A stretch of DNA of 62,392 bases, filler included. It is 9 parts of 9 records of this genome, joined end to end, with 100 filler letters (N's around TTAATTAATTAA, not from the genome) between each part and the next. Parts side by side here need not be neighbours in the genome. Positions count along the whole stretch, not along the records: positions 57,023 to 62,392 come from SRR31156797_13533; 8 more parts are not named here. One strand, 5' to 3'. A program made the translations under genes and the position numbers. Position 1 is the first letter of the stretch. Each line of letters begins with the position of its first letter. Below are positions 59,529 through 62,392 of this stretch, one piece after another. The notes under the pieces were generated by a model that did not search any database, was not told the DNA's origin, and saw only the letters and a list, made by a program, of their open reading frames with translations.

Positions 59529-60944
59529 ATGTTTAAGCAAAATATCATCCATATCAAATAACATAACTCCTTTCTCTTTTAGAGTATCCTTGTTCTCTAT
59601 CGTTTTTGCAATGACTGCAAAGTATTCATTCCTTTCTTCGTTGTGCCACTTAACATATAATGCTTTTTTCCTGAGATCCCTTACTATTTTTCTTACGTCT
59701 TTAATTGCCAACGTTTTCCATTTACATTCAACGAACAGTATATTTTTTGAATCTTCATTTAATGCGACAAGGTCTATCTCATATGTATTTTTATTGTTTT
59801 GCTGTTCCCGGACCTTACCCCATTGCCTTCCAATCCTTTCAAAAGCAAAGGGTAATTTTTCAGTATTGTTGAGATCTATCAAGTATTGCCTGGATATGTC
59901 TTCGAAAACCGGGCCAAGATACCGATTGTAGGAATCATTTATTCTGGAGCCTATCATATTCCTGTTTACTTCCATCAGAGATCTTGAGGGGTATATGTAA
60001 GTATACCAGAATTTCATGAAGTTATCTGAAATAACGTAGATAGAACCTGTCTTTATATTCCTTGTACCTTTAAGGATTACAGGCCATTCCTTGTTTATGA
60101 AACCGAGACCAATGAGAACACGCAGATATTTTGGAATATTGTTTACAGGTATGTCAGTCCTTAGAGATATCTCAGAAACACGATTTTTACCCTCGGATAT
60201 GGCTTCAAGTATAAGTTCATATTTGGTTGGTTCCCTTAGCTCTTCTTTTAACAGGAAAGTAGCCTCATCATAAAGAAAAGTAGCTCTGTGCAGTATATTC
60301 TTATCGACGTTTTCCATGAAGGACAGGTCATTTTCGAATTTGTTCAGATAGGCAGGGACACCACCAAGACAGCCGTATATACGTACAAGTTCTTCCGCAT
60401 CTTTTTCAGGGAAAAATTGTGCCATGTGGATGAATTTCAAAGGTTCTACTTTGATCTGTCCGCTTCGACGACCATATAATGGAGATTTATAACCAAGAAC
60501 TTCATTCTCCATCATTCCTATACTTGAACCAAGAAGTATGAGCATGACATTGGCATCCTTAAGGTAGCTGTCCCATGCAGCCTGGAATGCTGACATCGAC
60601 GCTTTGCTACCCTCTATCAGATATGGTACTTCATCGATTATGATCACAGGCTTTTCACTGGTCTGCTGAGAAATAAATTTTAGTGCAGCATCCCATTTTG
60701 TTATCATTGGCTGATAGACAGCAAGCTGTTCAGATGCCTTTTCAAGGAAGTCCTCTACCTGATGTTCAAGATCAAGTTTTTGTGACAGGTAGTAAACAGA
60801 AGGCTTTTCGTCCCTGAATTTCAGTACAAGTTCTGTTTTCCCAACACGCCTTCTTCCATATATTACAATCAGTGACGAAGAATCACGAGAATATTCGGAT
60901 TCGAGGAATTCTAATTCTTCACTACGGTTGATAAACAGACTCAT
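59526..60944 (-). CDS. Archaeal ATPase (ATPase_2) with wHTH and C-terminal DUF234 PD-(D/E)XK-like domain
   Basis: FINRSEEL start, YGRRRVGKT, IIDE, SPLYGR, GGVPAYL, EIDLV..ECKW. Confidence 0.9.
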   Translation of the reverse strand: MSLFINRSEELEFLESEYSRDSSSLIVIYGRRRVGKTELVLKFRDEKPSVYYLSQKLDLEHQVEDFLEKASEQLAVYQPMITKWDAALKFISQQTSEKPVIIIDEVPYLIEGSKASMSAFQAAWDSYLKDANVMLILLGSSIGMMENEVLGYKSPLYGRRSGQIKVEPLKFIHMAQFFPEKDAEELVRIYGCLGGVPAYLNKFENDLSFMENVDKNILHRATFLYDEATFLLKEELREPTKYELILEAISEGKNRVSEISLRTDIPVNNIPKYLRVLIGLGFINKEWPVILKGTRNIKTGSIYVISDNFMKFWYTYIYPSRSLMEVNRNMIGSRINDSYNRYLGPVFEDISRQYLIDLNNTEKLPFAFERIGRQWGKVREQQNNKNTYEIDLVALNEDSKNILFVECKWKTLAIKDVRKIVRDLRKKALYVKWHNEERNEYFAVIAKTIENKDTLKEKGVMLFDMDDILLKH

Positions 60945-61119
60945 AATCCTAAGTATTACAAGTCTATAATATATAGATTTCTGCTGGTTGATATAGTAAC
61001 TTGTTGTTTTGCTGCAAGAGAGGTCAGCCTGAGTGAGATCGAAGCTGAGAACTGTTAGTATGGTCTTATTTTTTGCGTCAAATTCATAAAAGATTTTATG
61101 TAACTCTTTTCTTTTGCGG

Positions 61120-61165
61120 CTCAACAGTATGTCACAGTGCCGCCTTCGGCGGAACGGTTGCACTG
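61120..61165 (+). repeat. 46-bp repeat, copy 4
   Basis: CTCAACAGTATGTCACAGTGCCGCCTTCGGCGGAACGGTTGCACTG; 37/46 identical to copy 1 by hand count. Confidence 0.85.
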
Positions 61166-61203
61166 TCTTCCAGTGCAGTGATCTAAAATCACTTATAGTT
61201 CGT

Positions 61204-61428
61204 TCACTTGTGCAATTCAATGAATTCCTCAACAGTAAGTCCTGTTATCCTGATCAACTGCCTTAATAATCCCGGTTTTAATTCTTTGTGCTTCGGGACG
61301 GTCAAAGTGACCTTTGAACCTTATTTTCTTAGAACAACATGACTTCCAACCTGTCTGTGGGGGTACCATCCTTCTTTAGAGAAGGCTTTTATTGTCTTTA
61401 TCCCGGAAATGACAGGTAATTTTGACAT
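61204..61428 (-). pseudogene. hicA: HicA toxin with premature stop at codon 36 (not in ORF track)
   Basis: MSKLPVISG..GW...RQVGSHVVLRK*GSKVTLTVPKHKELKPGLLRQLI; TAA at 61321-61323; TAATG coupling to hicB. Confidence 0.85.
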
Positions 61429-61646
61429 TAAGCTATCACTTCGACTATTTTACAGGAAGGACTGACCATACATGTTTCCAGCTCATCCTCAGCAAGTGAT
61501 TCAAGACATGCCTGTATTGCCTCTTTGATGTTATCGAGGGCTTCTTCAACGGTATCACCCTGTGAAACACAGCCTGGTAATCCGGAACAGCTTACAATAT
61601 AACCGCCGGCTTCTTCATCTTCTTTAAGAATAACTCTGAACCGCAT
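61428..61646 (-). CDS. hicB: HicB antitoxin (short form)
   Basis: GGYIVSCSGLPGCVSQGDTVEEALDNIKEAI. Confidence 0.9.
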   Translation of the reverse strand: MRFRVILKEDEEAGGYIVSCSGLPGCVSQGDTVEEALDNIKEAIQACLESLAEDELETCMVSPSCKIVEVIA

Positions 61647-61786
61647 ATTTATGTTATTAGTTGCTCTTTGCCTAAATAGGTATAATGTAGCGCTGTATAG
61701 GGTCCTTTTACATTTTAGTGACAAACTACCTGCTTGATGGGTACTATATCAAAAGCAATCTTGATTTCGAGACTTGCTTTTTACAT

Positions 61787-61832
61787 CTCAGCAGCATGGC
61801 AACGCGCCGCCTGCGTCGGAGCAGTTGCTCTG
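61787..61832 (+). repeat. 46-bp repeat, copy 5
   Basis: CTCAGCAGCATGGCAACGCGCCGCCTGCGTCGGAGCAGTTGCTCTG; 36/46 identical to copy 1 by hand count. Confidence 0.85.
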
Positions 61833-61928
61833 CCTGAAATATCATTCAAAACCGATTTCATTTTGAATAGTCCTGCACGATATTTAATAATCATGATAAC
61901 CTATGTATGTGCAGTGAGCTGTCATATT

Positions 61929-62219
61929 ATGGTAGAGATGCAGATTGACAAATACAGAAAAACCATAGTTCCGATATTGCTGAAAAATGATGTAGATAAA
62001 GCTGGCATCTTTGGTTCCTTTGCAAGGAATGAGGCACAAAAGGATAGCGATATAGATATTCTTGTTCATTTCAAGAGCAGAAAGAGTCTTTTTGATCTTG
62101 TCAGATTAGAGTTGGAACTTGAAAAAGAAGCCCGAAGAAAGGTAGAAGTTATTACTTACAATTCTATAAATCCCCTTATAAAGAATCGAATTCTGGAAGA
62201 AGAAGTGAAGATATTATGA
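61929..62219 (+). CDS. Minimal nucleotidyltransferase (MntA-type antitoxin)
   Basis: FGSFARNEAQKDSDIDILV (GS-x10-DxD). Confidence 0.9.
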   Translation: MVEMQIDKYRKTIVPILLKNDVDKAGIFGSFARNEAQKDSDIDILVHFKSRKSLFDLVRLELELEKEARRKVEVITYNSINPLIKNRILEEEVKIL

Positions 62220-62392
62220 AAAATAATGAAGTTTTTATTGGACATATAGTCGATTCTATTGAGAAAATAGAGCACTTCACATGCAATAAAAGCAGAGATG
62301 ATTTTCTAGAGGATGTACAACTTCAGGATGCAACTATCAGAAGAATTGAGATTATCGGTGAAGCATCAAAAAATATCTCTGAAGAGTTTAAA
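62216..62392 (+). CDS. HEPN/DUF86 (HepT-type) toxin, truncated at window end
   Basis: ATGA overlap with MNT; ..QDATIRRIEIIGEASKNI. Confidence 0.88.
   Translation, partial: MKNNEVFIGHIVDSIEKIEHFTCNKSRDDFLEDVQLQDATIRRIEIIGEASKNISEEFK

Noticed and set aside
60945-61232. N-terminal extension of the ATPase ORF given in the track
   Set aside because: It runs through repeat copy 4 and the end of hicA; the family begins at M..FINR (60944)
57027-61832. The 46-bp repeats as a CRISPR array
   Set aside because: Spacing is 0.7-1.7 kb with whole genes between copies, the copies are degenerate, and there are no cas genes
61734-61928. N-terminal extension of the MNT ORF
   Set aside because: It spans repeat copy 5; MNT proteins are about 95 aa, so the start is 61929 or 61938

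Overview
The window is not one locus. It is nine unrelated contigs joined by 100-nt artificial linkers (N-run + TTAATTAATTAA + N-run); taxon labels are impressions from composition and gene content. (1) 1-7258, deltaproteobacterial-like: hydrolase, cupin, N-acyl-D-amino-acid deacylase, two nested and decayed group II intron remnants, amidase, TRAP DctM. (2) 7359-15334, PVC/Planctomycetota-like: DUF2961 fragment followed by five tandem paralogous ~500-aa membrane-anchored proteins with a pseudopilin-like C-terminal motif. (3) 15435-22180: class II photolyase, AOR-family oxidoreductase, MerR, PerR/Fur, rubrerythrin, CooS. (4) 22281-29028, low GC, Fusobacteriota-like: NUDIX, MORN protein, tyrosine recombinase with a nearby dif-like site, liv ABC operon. 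(5) 29129-36492, Desulfovibrionaceae-like: DksA/TraR, methyltransferase, MalQ, a TreZ homolog with degenerate catalytic motifs, OlsF-like acyltransferase. (6) 36593-42671, Arcobacter-like: Fur-boxed iron locus with a ferrosome (fez)-like gene cluster, diguanylate cyclase, Fur, imelysin. (7) 42772-48357: surface polysaccharide modification genes. (8) 48458-56922: AraC-GyrI, hybrid kinase plus binding lipoprotein, DAACS symporter, TAXI. (9) 57023-62392, Methanosarcinaceae-like archaeon: toxin-antitoxin and ATPase modules, each separated by a same-orientation 46-bp repeat. The strongest leads are the repeat-delimited archaeal cassette array, the fez-like cluster and the five-paralog array.
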